A stretch of DNA of 64,000 nucleotides. Origin: Chrysomallon squamiferum (Eukaryota > Animalia > Mollusca). Numbering within the stretch: the first letter of the stretch is position 1; each line of letters starts with the position of its first letter. Shown here piece after piece: positions 14,332 to 28,974 of this stretch. The translations under genes and the position numbers were made by a program. The stretch is from assembly GCA_012295275.1 (NCBI GenBank), contig CM022672.1, forward strand, positions 10,354,001 through 10,418,000, in the 5' to 3' direction. The notes beneath the pieces were generated by a model that was not told where the DNA came from, ran no database searches, and saw only the letters and a list, made by a program, of their open reading frames with translations.

Positions 14332-14801
14332 GTTAGTTACACACTGAATCAGTGACTAAATACGTTACTTTGAACATCACAGTAAGATATGTAATCTAAA
14401 GAACAGAGAAATATAAGTTACGTAGAATGCAGTTTTAAAATAACTTGATTACAAAAACCTGTAATGATTTGTGGTTTTAAAGAAAAGTTATAAAATGGCG
14501 TCTGAAACAAAATCTATCCCACGATTGATTGAAATACTAATTAATTGTTAAATTAACAACCAACAATTAGACTGATGAAAAAAAAAAGAGGATTAAAATG
14601 TTAATAACTAGTTTGTTACAGACATCATATGAAAACATGGACTGGGAAAGAAATTTTATAGCTTGTTTGAAACAGTTCCTATTTTTTTTTTTTTTTTTTT
14701 GTTTTATATATATATATTTTTTTTTTTTTTATTTTATTTCATTTTTGTATTTATTATTATTATTTTTTTATATATATATATTTTTTTATTATTATTATTA
14801 T

Positions 14802-14838
<37 letters not shown>

Positions 14839-15504
14839 TCATTATGTTTATTGACATATAATGCGAGAGTTACGGAGTTAGTGAGAAAACAGCTAAATTT
14901 TAGAAAGTTACTTTACTAAACATGTTTTTTATATTTTTATTTTTTTTTTTTTTTATTTATAACTTTATTTTTATTATTTTATTTTTTTTTTTAAATTTTT
15001 TAATTTATTTAATTTTTTCATTATTTTTTTATTATTTATTTATTTTTTATTTTTTTTTATTTTTTTTATTTTTTTTGACATACGAAAATATCTATAGAAA
15101 AGTGTTAGTTTATCACAGCTCTAACTCTTTGTATGATAATGCAAACAGAATTAACCGGCTTGACGCGGATAATAATGTGTGAAATGTGTCTGTGAACCTT
15201 TGTGACTGACGTAAAGAAATGTTTCAAATGTATCGCCGTGTGCCTTTGATTCATGTTACAAGCTGCTAAAACTGTTACAACTGATAATGCTGGGAGTTTA
15301 GGCAAGCTTTGTGTCTGTGTTGAGAAAATGTGTTGAAGTGAAACGAGACTTCTAAACTGCTGAGGTTGACGTGCTGAGACTGCTGAATCATTTTTGTTTT
15401 GATGGTGCGAAATATTTCTACCAGAACGGTCATTATGAAGATGTTTGTACTTTACGTATGTTTAATACATAGACATATATATATACATACACACACATAC
15501 AGGA

Positions 15505-16385
15505 ATACATGCATACATACAACATACATACATACATACATACATACATACATACATACATACATACATACATACATACATACATACATACATACATACA
15601 TACATACATACATAAATACATACATACATACATACATGCATACATACACACATACATACATACATACATACATACATACATACATACATACATACATACA
15701 TACATACATACATACATACATACATACATACATACATACATACATACATACATACATACATACATACATACATACATACATACATACATACATACATACA
15801 TACATACATACATACATACATACATACATACATACATACATACATACATACATACATACATAGATACATACATAGATACATACATACACACATACATACA
15901 TACACACACACATACATACATACATACATACATAGATACATACATAGATACATACATACACACACACATACATACACACACACATACATACATACATACA
16001 GATATACATACATACACACACACATACATACATACATACACACATACATACATACATACATAGATACATACATACATACATACATACATACATACATACA
16101 TACATACATACATACATACATACATACATACATACATACATACATACATACATACATACATACATACATACATACACACACACATACATACATACATACA
16201 TACATACATACATACATACATACATACATACATACATACATACATACATACATACATACATACATACACACACACATACATACATACATACATACATACA
16301 TACATACATACACACACATACATACATACATACATACATACATACATACATACATACATACATACATACATACATACATACATAC
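15505..16385. repeat. ~880-bp (CATA)n tetranucleotide microsatellite
   Basis: Direct reading; source of the 300-aa MYVC/YIHT ORFs. Confidence 0.98.
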
Positions 16386-16393
16386 CCATACGC

Positions 16394-16518
16394 ATCTGAC
16401 CGGTTTGTGAGGTCGTGACTGGACTTTCTCCTCCTGTGCCAGTGCGTTCCTGAATGTTGTCTATGTGCAGAGTCTAATCAGACATACATAAGATGAAAAC
16501 ATTCAAATCCTAAAATAC
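16394..16518 (-). repeat. Dispersed repeat, inverted homologue of 58151-58416
   Basis: Reverse complement ttaggatttgaat...gattagactctgcacatagacaacatt...gcactggcacaggagga.aaagtcca.tcacgac...gtcagat matches 58295-58416. Confidence 0.9.
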
Positions 16519-17869
16519 ACACACACACAAACACACATAAACGAGTGAATGAATAAAGTTAAATTAATTCTTTAAATCATTATATTAGAACAGCGCTCTA
16601 ACCACTGGGCCAATATATATCAGATATATAATTTAGCGCTACCCAAGCCCCCCCCCAAAAATAATAATAATATAATAAAAATATTTTCATTGTTCTTTTT
16701 TAAACTAAAATTTATAAAATATATATATATATATATATAAACAACTAAACATCACCAACAATAAAACGAAGCCCAATAAAATAAAGAAAACTGAAAAGCA
16801 AATTGAAAATTCGGGACTGATAATGCAGTTATTAAACATATGTCACATAATTTGATCATATAAAATGATCATTCGACGTTTAAATTCTTAATTTAATTTC
16901 TGTGATAATATCCCATTACGCACATTATGCACATATTCACCAGGTGGTGAAACGGAAACAAAACAAAACCAAATAAAATTTAAATAAACTCAACTGTTAA
17001 ATACTTTTAATAAACAGAACTCTGCTTTATTGAAACTGTTGAAAACTGTCTAATGAAAACAGGACCTCAGTTAATTATTGTTGACGTAAGCGATCTGTCA
17101 TAAATGTGAAACTTTGTCTTGAAAAAAAAAGAAAGAAAGTAAACGTACACATACACACACACACAGACACACAGATGCATACACAGATGCATACACACAT
17201 TCACACACACACACACAAATATACGCACATACATAATATTTGTTCACCACACATTATTAACGGAACTGTGTTCTAACAGTACATTACACATTCTTTGTTT
17301 CGTTCTCATGTACCAAGAACTCGGCAAAACAAAACAAAGGCTTGTTGTGTCTGGTACAAGTAAACACGTGTGTTCAAAGTGTAGAGCGATAAACAAATAT
17401 TGTAAACCCATTGTTATGTATGTATAGACACAGATATAGATACAGATATAGGCCCTATTATAGTAGAATATTGTTTCTTTTGTTTTTATCACTGAGACAA
17501 ACCTTTAATACATCTGTCTTTAAAAAATATACGGAATATTAGTAACAGCATAATATTATATTTTCCAAAAACAAGAGTGCTGGAATGGAGTTCAAACGAC
17601 TGACGTAAAACTGGTTCAATCGTTGGTTTAAACAGAGCTGAACTATACAGATCGAATGTGTTGTCTCTTTCAGCTTTCTCTGATCACCTCTACATAGAAT
17701 GAGACGTAACGCGCCCTTACTACCCACAATACAATTACAATTATTTATGTGTGATGCTTTATCTTTCTGTAACCAGAGTACATTTGTACTTTTGTTGTGT
17801 TTTTTTGTTTGTTTTTTTTTTTTTTTTTTTTTTTTACGTCTCTAACAATGTAAATATTTTCATATATCT

Positions 17870-18252
17870 GCTCGAAATCTGCTTTCAATTCGAGACTCGT
17901 GCGAGAATTCCACACGAAAAGAATTAGCCAGATGCGTGTTGTTTGACTCAATTAGCGACTACACGGACAATAATGTAATATGTCTTTAGTGGAGTGGAGC
18001 GGTCGCATCGTCACCCTGCACGGTAATTAGTCGAGGTCCGCGAGCAGGTTTTGTTCCGTCACGCAACGTTTCGGTCCCGGCGGACTGGCGAATCGGAAGA
18101 ACGAGAGTTTTAAGTTTTCTTCGGTTTCCCGCGACTTGCAATTTAATCGCGAGAAACTCCGACGAACGACGTCTACGACATGATCCGTGTCGCCATCACC
18201 TGATCACAGCTACGACTCTACACCTGAGCGCGAAAACGTAGGCGATTCTAAG
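17870..18252. promoter_or_regulatory. CpG/GC-rich island, possible promoter or first-exon region
   Basis: Marked local enrichment of CG dinucleotides between a poly-T and a poly-A tract. Confidence 0.45.
17980..18022 (+). CDS. Candidate short first coding exon (MSLVEWSGRIVTLH)
   Basis: AATATG start, 14 codons plus G, donor CACG|GTAATT (phase 1), inside the CpG island. Confidence 0.25.
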
Positions 18253-18919
18253 GTTAAAAAAAAAAAAAAAAAAAAAAAAATGAATAAAAAGTGAACAACA
18301 CGATACGAAAGAAAAAGCAAGTAACCAAAAAAAATACTTAAAAAGAATGAAAAAGAAGATGAACGAAGGGACAAAAAAAAAAAAAAAAAAAGGGCCAAAA
18401 ATGACAAAGAGTGTTGAATATTATAAAGATTTATGTAAAATATTAATATAAAGCAACAAAACCATCAAAGGAGATTCTGTGTCCTAATCGTCAGATTAAA
18501 ACCGTATCGGTAACAGATAACATGAACGGAACTGATTTTATACGTAAATGTATGTGTGTATGTATGTATGTATAACGTATGTACGTATGTTTATATCTAT
18601 AGCTATGCATGTAGATAAAGAAAAAGTTTCGAGTGTTAATCGCTTACATTCATGTTTATCTCTTTACCTCTTTGGACTCGTTTCTGTTGTTCGTGTCTGA
18701 TATGTTATACGGTTAAAGTGCTGTAATGCTACACTCATATCATACACTGCAGCATGTTAGATTACGGACTTCAGAAGAAAATATGATTTTACTCTGTGAA
18801 AGACAATATTGTGTAATGTTCATTAGCAAATCTGTCGAGTCATAGAAAGACCAAACTCCAGAACATCAAAGCATTTTTTTTATATCAGTTTTACCGTTAT
18901 CACTGTCGACGAATCATTA

Positions 18920-19110
18920 AATCACCATCATGTGTGACAGATCACTGTGTAATCATCATATGTTAATGATTTCATCATCATGTTATCCTTATGTGACAAA
19001 TTATAAAATCATGACAAATTATGTGACAAACATCATCATGTTATCATAATATGTGACAAATTATATAATAATCATATGTGACTAAATTCATCATGTAATC
19101 ATTATTATAT
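18920..19110 (+). repeat. Degenerate tandem repeat (atatgtgacaaatt...atcatcat motifs)
   Basis: Recurring tgtgac(a/t)aa and catcatg motifs at roughly 25-35 bp spacing. Confidence 0.6.
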
Positions 19111-20425
19111 TATTATTCTATTACGTGTCGTTGTGTCATAATGATATACGACAAATCATTGTTATTACCATATACAAAAATACTGACATACATACTTACA
19201 CACAGATAAATACATACATACAAACATGCAAACACATATATATTCATACACGTACATACATACATACATACATTCAAACGTACGTACATACATACATACA
19301 TACATTCAAACGTACGTATTCAACAACCATACAAAGTTATATAAATGCCCATATTTCTCACCGATACGGTGTTTGCAGACTTGGACTTGGACCTGTTGTT
19401 GCTTTATAATAATATTTGACACGAATACTTTGAGTCTCCTTCAGCGGAATCTAATCAGTCGCAAACAAAACAGAGAATATTCAGTCGTCAAAAATACATA
19501 TACGTATTCACAAATAAATTATACACATTCACACACAGTGGATTTTAATTTGTTTTATTTTATTTAAATTTTAATTTTAATTTTTTTATATTCAATTTTC
19601 CTGGGTCACAAAGGATAGATTCCACGCATATACTGACAATGACAATGAATTATACGATACTCTTGACTTTACGAAAATAATAAAAATGCATTTGTCGTCA
19701 TATTTCAGTGAACTACCCATTCTATTGAAATTAAAAATGTTAATCCCATAATTACGTTTCTAAGGAATCCACAGTGCATATTTGTCGTAATCTTTTTTTT
19801 TTTACAAAATCAGCAACGCTGTAACTAAGTAGTTTTATTAACAAGTAAGAACCGTCTGATAAGATCGCACTGTACACCTTTATCTGTCTGCGTATTAGTA
19901 CCCCATAAACGGAAGCATGTGCCTTCTAGATGGCGCTAAAAGATACGCGCTAAGTTGACAAAAAAGAAAAGTAATTAGAAACCTTTATTACTATGACTAA
20001 CAGTTTCTAGACGTTGCATTTGGTGACTTGTGACTGCCACATAACTGAAATCCAGCACGGCATGTCCGACTGATAAGTGATGTTTTCTTTTTCTTTTCTT
20101 TTTTTTTCCTTCTTAAAGAACTGTTCTGGCTTTTGTTCCGTTAATACTTTCGTTGAAATGTTTAGGAAATCTTTTTTTTTGTGAAGGAGTGAAATTAAGA
20201 TTTAAGTCTGCATGTCACGAATCGGTCTGAGACGGCAGTTTCTTTTTCTTCTTCTTTTCTTTTCTTTTCTTTTCTTTTCTTTCAGTTTTGATAACAGAAT
20301 GAGACAGTGGTTTCAGTAAAACAGAGCTGGGTTTTTTTTTTAGAGATTTCTTTTAACTAAGATTTTCACTAAAAATATGTATTTAAATAATAGCCACATC
20401 TGTACCCAACCGAGAGATATATCTG

Positions 20426-20721
20426 CAAGGCCTCCAAAATAAATATTTTGCAAGGCGGTACAAAACCAATTTAGGGCCCCGAGGCAGGCAAAGATTTTTT
20501 TCAAAATTGAGGATTTGATGAGCAGTAAATCTACATGTAAACCAGGCTTACAATAATTAACAAAAAATACTTACAAAAAAGAAGTAAAATATAAGTATAG
20601 TGATATTTGTGTATGTGAATGTATGTCGGTCGGGCTGAGGGTGGTGGAAAGTGCTTGTTATCTCGGGGGGTGGGGATGTATGTTTGCACGGTTGCTGGAC
20701 CCCAACCTCTCATAGGTCCTG
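20426..20721. mobile_element. Probable hAT-type MITE (296 bp)
   Basis: Ends caaggcct / aggtcctg form an imperfect TIR, flanked by a near-perfect 8-bp TSD: tatatctg (20418-20425) and catatctg (20722-20729). GC-rich interior with gggccccg. Confidence 0.55.
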
Positions 20722-20803
20722 CATATCTGTTGAAAACTTAAACGAAAGCCTGTAATATTTTCATTGTTCCTGTAGTGTTATTGTTAAATAGGTGTGGATT
20801 TAA

Positions 20804-20912
<109 letters not shown>

Positions 20913-21187
20913 TTTATTACAGGCTGCGTCTGTTTTGTACAAGACGGAATGTTAAAGTTGGCGATAATTTAAAAATGAATTACGTAATATTCCATTTTCT
21001 GTCGTAAGAAATTATCAGAAAACCCATGAGCATGTTTAGCGTAAAAAAATAAGTTAAAAAATAAATAAATAAGTAAAAAATTAATATTTAATAATAACAA
21101 TAATTAAAATATTTTTAATAATAATAATTTTCAACGCAAAATGGATCAGTTTTGTCACTACGCAGGTGTTTCTTAAGATAAGAATCT

Positions 21188-21223
<36 letters not shown>

Positions 21224-21749
21224 CAAACGGTATTATCAGAGACATTCAGATATTTATTTTATTACTTTATTTTTTTTTATTTTTTTTTTTTCCTCTTCTG
21301 TTTTTTGTTGCTGGGCTAATATTCAGAGGTATAACGGTGCCCCTTTTGATACTGTTAACATCAGAATGTATTAATTTTATACAACGTGAAATTCGACTCC
21401 CTGGCAGCCTGTTACCTTGCTTAACTGTTACCGGTGTGAATGAATTTCGCCTTAAAAACGTCTCCTCGGCACTTTTCAGTGTTAATGGTTATGAGGTGTC
21501 AAGCGTGTTTTTTTTTTTTTGTGCGATAGTAACACGAGAGAGTAAACTGTTCATTGCTGCTCTTACCGATGTAAGTAGCGAGGGGTCTTTTTTTATAGTC
21601 AGCGTTCCGACGTTAGAAAAGTATTCGTCACGTGTTTTGATAAAACGACAGCGTGACATCGGTTGAGAAAGGAAAGGGTTGTACTTTTTTTTTAACATTT
21701 TGTCTGGGTTTTTTTTTTTTTTTTTTCATAATCTGCTCCTGTTCCGTTT

Positions 21750-22040
21750 CTTTCTCCTTCCTATTTTCCTTCCCATTCTTCTTCTTCTTCTTTCTTTCTT
21801 TTTTTTTTGTTTTTTTTTTTTTTTTGTTTCTTCTTTTTTCTCCTTTCTTCTCCTTTTTCTTCTTTCTCCTTTTCTCCTTTTTCTTCTTTCTCCTTCTTTC
21901 TCCTTTTTCTTCTTTCTCTTTTTCTCCTTTTTCTTCTTTCTCCTTTATCCCATTTCTTCTCCTTCTCGTTCTTCTCCTTTTTATTCTTTCTTCTCCATCT
22001 TGTGTTTCTTGTCCTTTTTTCTTCCTGCTCATCTTCTTTT
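21750..22040 (+). repeat. Homopyrimidine tract with ~24-bp ttctcctttttcttctttctcc repeats
   Basis: Direct reading; source of the K/E-rich and F-rich ORFs. Confidence 0.85.
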
Positions 22041-22525
22041 TTGACACCTGCTGTTATTATTACTAAAACTACTCGTACTACAACACTGTACTATTTTCGT
22101 CGTCAGCTGTCGTTATCACTACTACTACTACTACTTCTACTATTTTTATTTATTTATTTTTATATTATTTGCTTCTTGCACCACTCTGCCTTACTATTTC
22201 TGCTACTACTACTATTATCACTATTACATTATTACCATTGCTATTATTACCACTTTTACTATTACTTTTGTTATTATTATTTTACTATCCATGCTGTTGT
22301 TGGAAGAAGTCTTAGTATAATTATAGTAATAGCAGTGGCATTAGTTATTTTTGTCATAAATTCACAGTTGTTAATTCACATTTTTCTTTTTTGCCTTCTG
22401 TTCCATTCTTTTAAAATTTTGTGTCTTTTTCTTCTATTTTTCTTTCTTCTTCTCCTTCTTTATTTTTTCTTTTATTTTTTTTATTTATTTTTTTTATTTT
22501 TACAAAAGCTTTATGTTCATTCTAG

Positions 22526-22667
22526 GATTATATATGTTCAGAGCGTGAACCAAGGTATCACCACGTTGTCCCACTGGAACACGTGTACAGCCCACGCGTT
22601 TCCAGACGTCTACGACTCAGTCAACGCGGTCTGGAAGCGTTATGAGCAGTTCGCTAATCGCCAATAG
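22526..22667 (+). CDS. Candidate exon in a CpG-rich island (phase 2: IIYVQSVNQGITTLSHWNTCTAHAFPDVYDSVNAVWKRYEQFANRQ*)
   Basis: Acceptor ttatgttcattctag and non-repetitive, protein-like composition. Phase 0 is also open (to TGA 22643-22645), and there is an internal donor AAG|GTATCA at 22555, so the structure is ambiguous. Confidence 0.3.
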
Positions 22668-23018
22668 TTATCGCCTCTTGATCCCCGCAAACAACCGCGA
22701 GCCACGTTAAACACCGTCACAAACACTCGCAGCTTTAGACATTTTTTATTTTATCCCGATAACGTACACTTTGTAACGTTTGTTTATACCGTTTTCCCAG
22801 CTCTTTCACTGCTCACGTTTTTTTTAATTTTTGTATTTTTGCGAAGCGACACATTTTGTTAGAGATAGAAAATGCTAACATCTACAGAGACGAATCAGAA
22901 TTCATATCTGTATAATATGTTTTAGTGTTTAATCTTATTTGTGAAGAAGTTGTTTGTGTTTCCTGTCTGAATAAAGCCATTTTTTAATGTGTCGTGCAAA
23001 AAAAAAGGGTACATTTAT

Positions 23019-23104
<86 letters not shown>

Positions 23105-23396
23105 AAGAAGTTTGAGAGAAAGATCTTATTGTTTGTTATCTCAAGAATGAATATTCGTTTTACGATATTTTCATATATTTTAGAACAATACTTATTGGGT
23201 GTCGGTTAATACCAGAAAGAAATCGCGATGCTGCCATTGTGCAAACGACTTTTGTCGGTTAAAAGAAAATATTTTTTTAATTAAATATTACTCGCAGAGA
23301 TGACTGGTCATTTTTCAGTTAATAACGTTAAATTAGAAGAAGAATCAAGGTAAAACGAGAACGAAGAAATAAAGAATATATTTTAGACCCTCTGAG

Positions 23397-23440
<44 letters not shown>

Positions 23441-23451
23441 CTTCATAACTA

Positions 23452-23538
23452 GAGTGGTGACGTCATTGCGTACATGATCATATTGATAGCGTACACTAGA
23501 AGAAATTTTAAAGCAGTTACGCAATGACGTCACCACTG
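23452..23538. mobile_element. 87-bp TA-flanked inverted-repeat element (mini-MITE-like)
   Basis: Perfect 20-bp inverted arms agtggtgacgtcattgcgta (23453-23472) and tacgcaatgacgtcaccact (23518-23537), with TA at 23450-23451 and 23539-23540. Confidence 0.6.
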
Positions 23539-24958
23539 TATAAATATACTGACGCTATTAATTATGACTGACACGAATAAAAACCTGACTTCAACGTATG
23601 CAGAATGTATCAAGACAAATTCTTCGTATCAAAAAAGATTCCCTTTAAAGAGCTCAGTAATTCAATATCTGACTTTAACCAAACATCGCATCACAGTTTT
23701 CTTCTAACAAGATCGATTCCGTGACGTATCCAGACTCGAGGAAGTGGTTTTTTCATAACTTACCCTAATTATCGATATCGACAACATTATTAGAGACCGA
23801 TCAAGAGAAAGTATAAGTAAGTGTACATTCGATATAGATAATTTTCTTGTAAGAGGAAAATTGCACACAACTGTCTCATTATGTAGCTGAAAAACATATC
23901 GACTGAAAAGAACAATGAATGATAATTTTCTATGCAGCGTTGTAGATACCGAATGTCAAAACAATAACACATTCGTTATTTTTATTATTATTGTTTTATA
24001 TTTTACTTTATTTTGTTCTGGGTTTTTTATTTTTGGTATTTATGTATGTGTATATATGTGTGTGTGTGTGTGTTTTTGCTACAATTTCTATAATCATCAT
24101 TATCATCATTACGATTGTTATCACTGTTGATACAAAAAATAATATTCGTTACAGAAGAAATAATTATCTACCTTAGTTAGAGAGATAATAAATTGGCTAA
24201 ACAGACTAAGTTTGAACTCTGCATGATTATGTTACATGCACTCGTAATTATATATTGCATTTCTATACAAACATACATACACATACATATAAACATACGT
24301 ACATACACACACATGTACATTCATGTAAACATACGTACACACACACACATATAAAAAGTGATACGCACATATATACATATATAACAATAGGGTCAAACAG
24401 CTAGTACAACTGAACTAATTATTGGATTTTGTTTTGTCCGTTCACATCACGCTGTCCTCCAAACAAAGAGTCCTTTGTTATATGTTAATGCAAGGTAAAC
24501 CATATTGGTAAAGTGTTATTTCCCGATCTGACAAGCTCTTTGAAAAAAAACTTAAAGAGTGTGTGCTGTTTCTGTTTGAAGCTGTTCCTAGTAAAGAATA
24601 CTATCTCTCTGATTTGCAGTATTCTAGACCATACATTGTTAACGTTAAAAACCACACAATTATGTGCATTAGTAAATACATGTATACGTGTGTGCCTCTG
24701 TGCTGCTTTGTATGGGTATGTTTGCGTTTGTCTCTGTGTGTGTGAGTGTGTGCTTAACATCTAAATATGCGAACGAAATTGGGAATGTGTTCCTTTCATT
24801 TTTATTGCACATTACAAAAGTAAGAATTTAAATATCAGAAATACTTTGATACTTTGAATTTTTCGAAATCGTATTATATATATCTGTGTTCGTTTCTATT
24901 TTAAACATAATTTAACATTTCAAAATGATCTTTAAAGATCAAATTTATTTTAATAACA

Positions 24959-24989
<31 letters not shown>

Positions 24990-26257
24990 CTATAGCCACT
25001 ATGTTTAAAGACTAAAAAATTGGGTTTTATATATACGTGTTTGATGATGGTGATGATGCAAAATAATAATAATAATAAGAAGAAGAATTATAAAATATAA
25101 AAATAAACATATATTATGTATGCATTAACAAGTATATGCGGAAATACATGTATACGTGTTTACATACATATACCTGCATACATGTGTATGTGTGGGTTTT
25201 TGCGTGCGTGCGGGCATGCATGTGTGTATGTATTTCTGTGAATAAATGGGTACAACCAAACAGAAAAATAATTTAAAAAAAAAAAGATGTTCAAACAAGA
25301 TGCTAAAATTTAAACACGAAATACAAAAAGTATTGAAACACACATTTTCAAGTCCTGCCTCAAATAGCGAGTGATTAATCATTCACGGAGCCTTTGACAG
25401 GATTATTAGGCGAATCCTAAGTCGTTGTGATTAACAATGATAGTGTAATTTCTATCCAGCTGGGCTGTAAACAACTTCTGAATTACACAACTTTTCAAAT
25501 GAAGAAATGAAAGAAAAACCTCTTAGGTAACGGCATAATTGCAGAGCCACTTGGGATGTTAACATTGCGCCGAACATTTCTCTTTTCTTTTCTTTTTTTT
25601 TCTTTTCCCTCATCGGTCTTTCTTTTTCCGTTTTCCGCCCCTCATATTTCTTTCATAAAGATATTTAAACACTTACGGACGTGCAATAAAAAAAATACTG
25701 TTCATCTGATCTACTGTAACTTCGCTGTTTGAAAACATCTCATAGAAAAGCTTTGTTAATTCCTTCATGCATTTTCGGTTTCAGACATTGCGTGTACGGA
25801 CACATTTGCAACAGCAGTTTGAAGAAAGGTTAGCGAAGTACTATCTGTGAGATCGCTTGGAGAGTGTTTTCTTTCTCTCACTCTATTATGTGACTTATTT
25901 TTCCTTAAAGAAAATATTGTAATAATGACAAAGCAAATATTTCCCCACATACTTTTTTTCTGTCACGTTTTTTTACAAAAACAATAATGATATTTTAAAC
26001 AGCAGAATGACCAAATGAACTGCCATCTTCGGAATAGATGTTTCTGTTATTACTCATCATTCTCTTTTTCCTGTTTTCTTTTTCATTAATTTTCTTCTTT
26101 TTTTTTTCTTTTTTTTTTTTCTTCTTCTTCTTTTTTTATTACTACTACTACTAGTGTTGTTGTTGTTATTGTTACGATTCTTCTTCTTTAACTTTTTATT
26201 ACTACTACTATTACAGCTGCTACTGTTGTTATTACTATCCCTATTGTTATTATTATT

Positions 26258-26350
<93 letters not shown>

Positions 26351-26466
26351 TTGTTGTTATTATTGTTATATGTATTTTTTCCTTTATCAGTTTTCCGTTT
26401 GTTTTTCGTCTCTTGATTCAGGATTCATAATTTTTGTTACATATCAACTGAGAGAGGCAGATAGAC

Positions 26467-26549
<83 letters not shown>

Positions 26550-27107
26550 CATCCACAAAATCACACAACTTGACACAGAAATAAGGAGCCCAAATTAACT
26601 TACACACACTGAATAACTGAATAAACGAAACACTACTTCACTTCATTAATTCAGTTAAATATTACACAAACTATTTTTTTTTTATATTTCTTTTTTACAC
26701 ATACGTGACAACGTACTGTAAAAGGCACCTAATTTTTACAAACCCGAACCTTTTATGTTCCTCCCCTTTTTTTTTTTTTTTTTTTTTTTCCTTTTAAAAC
26801 TTATCACATGTAAAATAAATAAAATCAGTGCAACGCGATAAACCACCCGCCTCAGTCAGTGACTTCGTGATTTTCGTATCGAATTAATGTTCACCGAAAA
26901 TCTGACTCCGCTCTGTTACAGCGAGAATATCTGTGCATTATCTGGAGTGTCTTCTTTCAGCAGATCGTCACAAAGCCACTCGTAACCATTCAGCACTTAA
27001 TTACGACGTCTAGCATGCCTTCTGTCTGTCGTTATTGAGTTTCCTTTGAACATGCCCACAGCAAAAAAAGGTTTCTAATATTTCGGAATGGGGATCTATT
27101 GTTCTCA

Positions 27108-27138
<31 letters not shown>

Positions 27139-27287
27139 TGATATTGGAAACAAAATGTGAAGATTGCAAAGATTATTTCATGACAGCCGGGCACTGGTGG
27201 AAAAAAAGGAAAATGCAAGATATCTCAGTTTCGTGGTTTCAGAAATGGAGAAATGTGAATGTTTGGTTGGTTTGCAAATGTTGGGAG

Positions 27288-27399
<112 letters not shown>

Positions 27400-28974
27400 T
27401 TATATGTTTGCATGAGTTTGTTAATCTATTAATCATTCGTTTCACGTTTAATAATTTTTTTTAATTTGTTTTTTTTTATTTTTACATTATATATATATAT
27501 ATATATATTGTTTTATTTCATTTCGAATTTACTTCTACAACTGTTGCTGCTACTATTTCTACTACAACGAATAATAACAATAATAATAGCAGTAATTACT
27601 GTCACTAATTACTACTGTTGCTGCCACAGCTATTTCTTTTACTAGTATTACCACCAGTACTACTACTGATGCTAATAATAATAATTCTATTACTAATATT
27701 GATACTGCTGCTACTACTACTAGCATTAATGTACAACTATCATTACTACTACCACTGCAACTACTACTACTAATAGTAATACTATATATCTTTGTGTCTA
27801 AAGTTTTATTACAAGTCACTATTTCAATTACTGATTATCACTGTTTGATTATACATACATTTGTCACTTTATTTATTTATTCGACAGTGATCCAGTACAG
27901 GTTTTTATTCATGTATGTACACACGAATATATTATTTATTTATTTATTTATTTATTTATATTATATTATATTATATTATATTATATATGAATTGATCCAT
28001 ATATGAATGGAACTCGAGATGGACGGATGGTTGGAATGGTGGGTCGGACGAATATCAGGATATAAAAGTCCATGCGTACCTGTTTGTTCCTATAAAAAGA
28101 CATTTGACAACATAATTATATTAATTTTCAACATCAATATCAATAGCTTATTCAAAAAAAAAAAAAAAAAAAAAAAAATTATATATATATATATATTTTT
28201 TTCAGGTAAAAAATTCAAACCAAATTGGCTCAGTGAAAATATACAAAATCGTTTTTGACTGCTAAAGTGTTCCTCCACCTTTTATCTTGTGCACATGATA
28301 GTCCTTTGACAAAAATCGGATGCCCATATACTAATTACTTTGTCAAAAGCCCGAGGCATTACGCTAAAAAAGAAGCGTTTTTTTAGCGCAAATAAATTAA
28401 CCACCTACGGAGACAGTTGTACATTTTCTTTCAGGTTAGGCCCCTTAAACAGCTAACTGGGTGGTGAAGCACATAAATATACACCAATACAGTGCGACAC
28501 CTTTATGCTTCATTTAAATTAAGTTTTCAGAAAAAATCCGAGAAGATTTAAATGATAAGGAATATTGAAATAAATTTAAAAAGAAGAATAAAAAACAAAA
28601 ACACTTTCATGCGTTAATTATTATTTTTTTTTTTTTTACTTGATTTTTTTTTTTTTTTTTTTTTAATGTTCCTTTATTTTTTCAGAATATCTAAAATGAA
28701 GGGTTTGTTTTTTGCTTTTATGTTATTATCTGTTATATGTTTTTTTTTTTTTTTTAAATTTTGATCAGAGTTGATTGTATTGTCAGTGATATAAATACAT
28801 CAGTTATATAGAATTTACAGTTCATGAGTAAGTCGACAATACGGTGCCGTGCCCACGGTGTTGTTAGTCGTGAACAAAGACATCAAAGTGTAACCTTACA
28901 CTAAACAAACATGAGAGAAAAGTGAAAAAATCCCGTGAAAAAGTCCACGCCTCATAAGTCCTAATTTTAGGTCC

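Noticed and set aside
21591-21598. Minus-strand TATA box CTATAAAA
   Set aside because: Common in AT-rich sequence, and no coherent minus-strand gene model could be built.
28195-28440. Additional AG|GT juxtapositions (ttttttcag|gtaaaa at 28205; ttttctttcag|gttagg at about 28434; also about 50701)
   Set aside because: Weak donors or short tracts that are expected by chance in T-rich DNA; not comparable to 55151.
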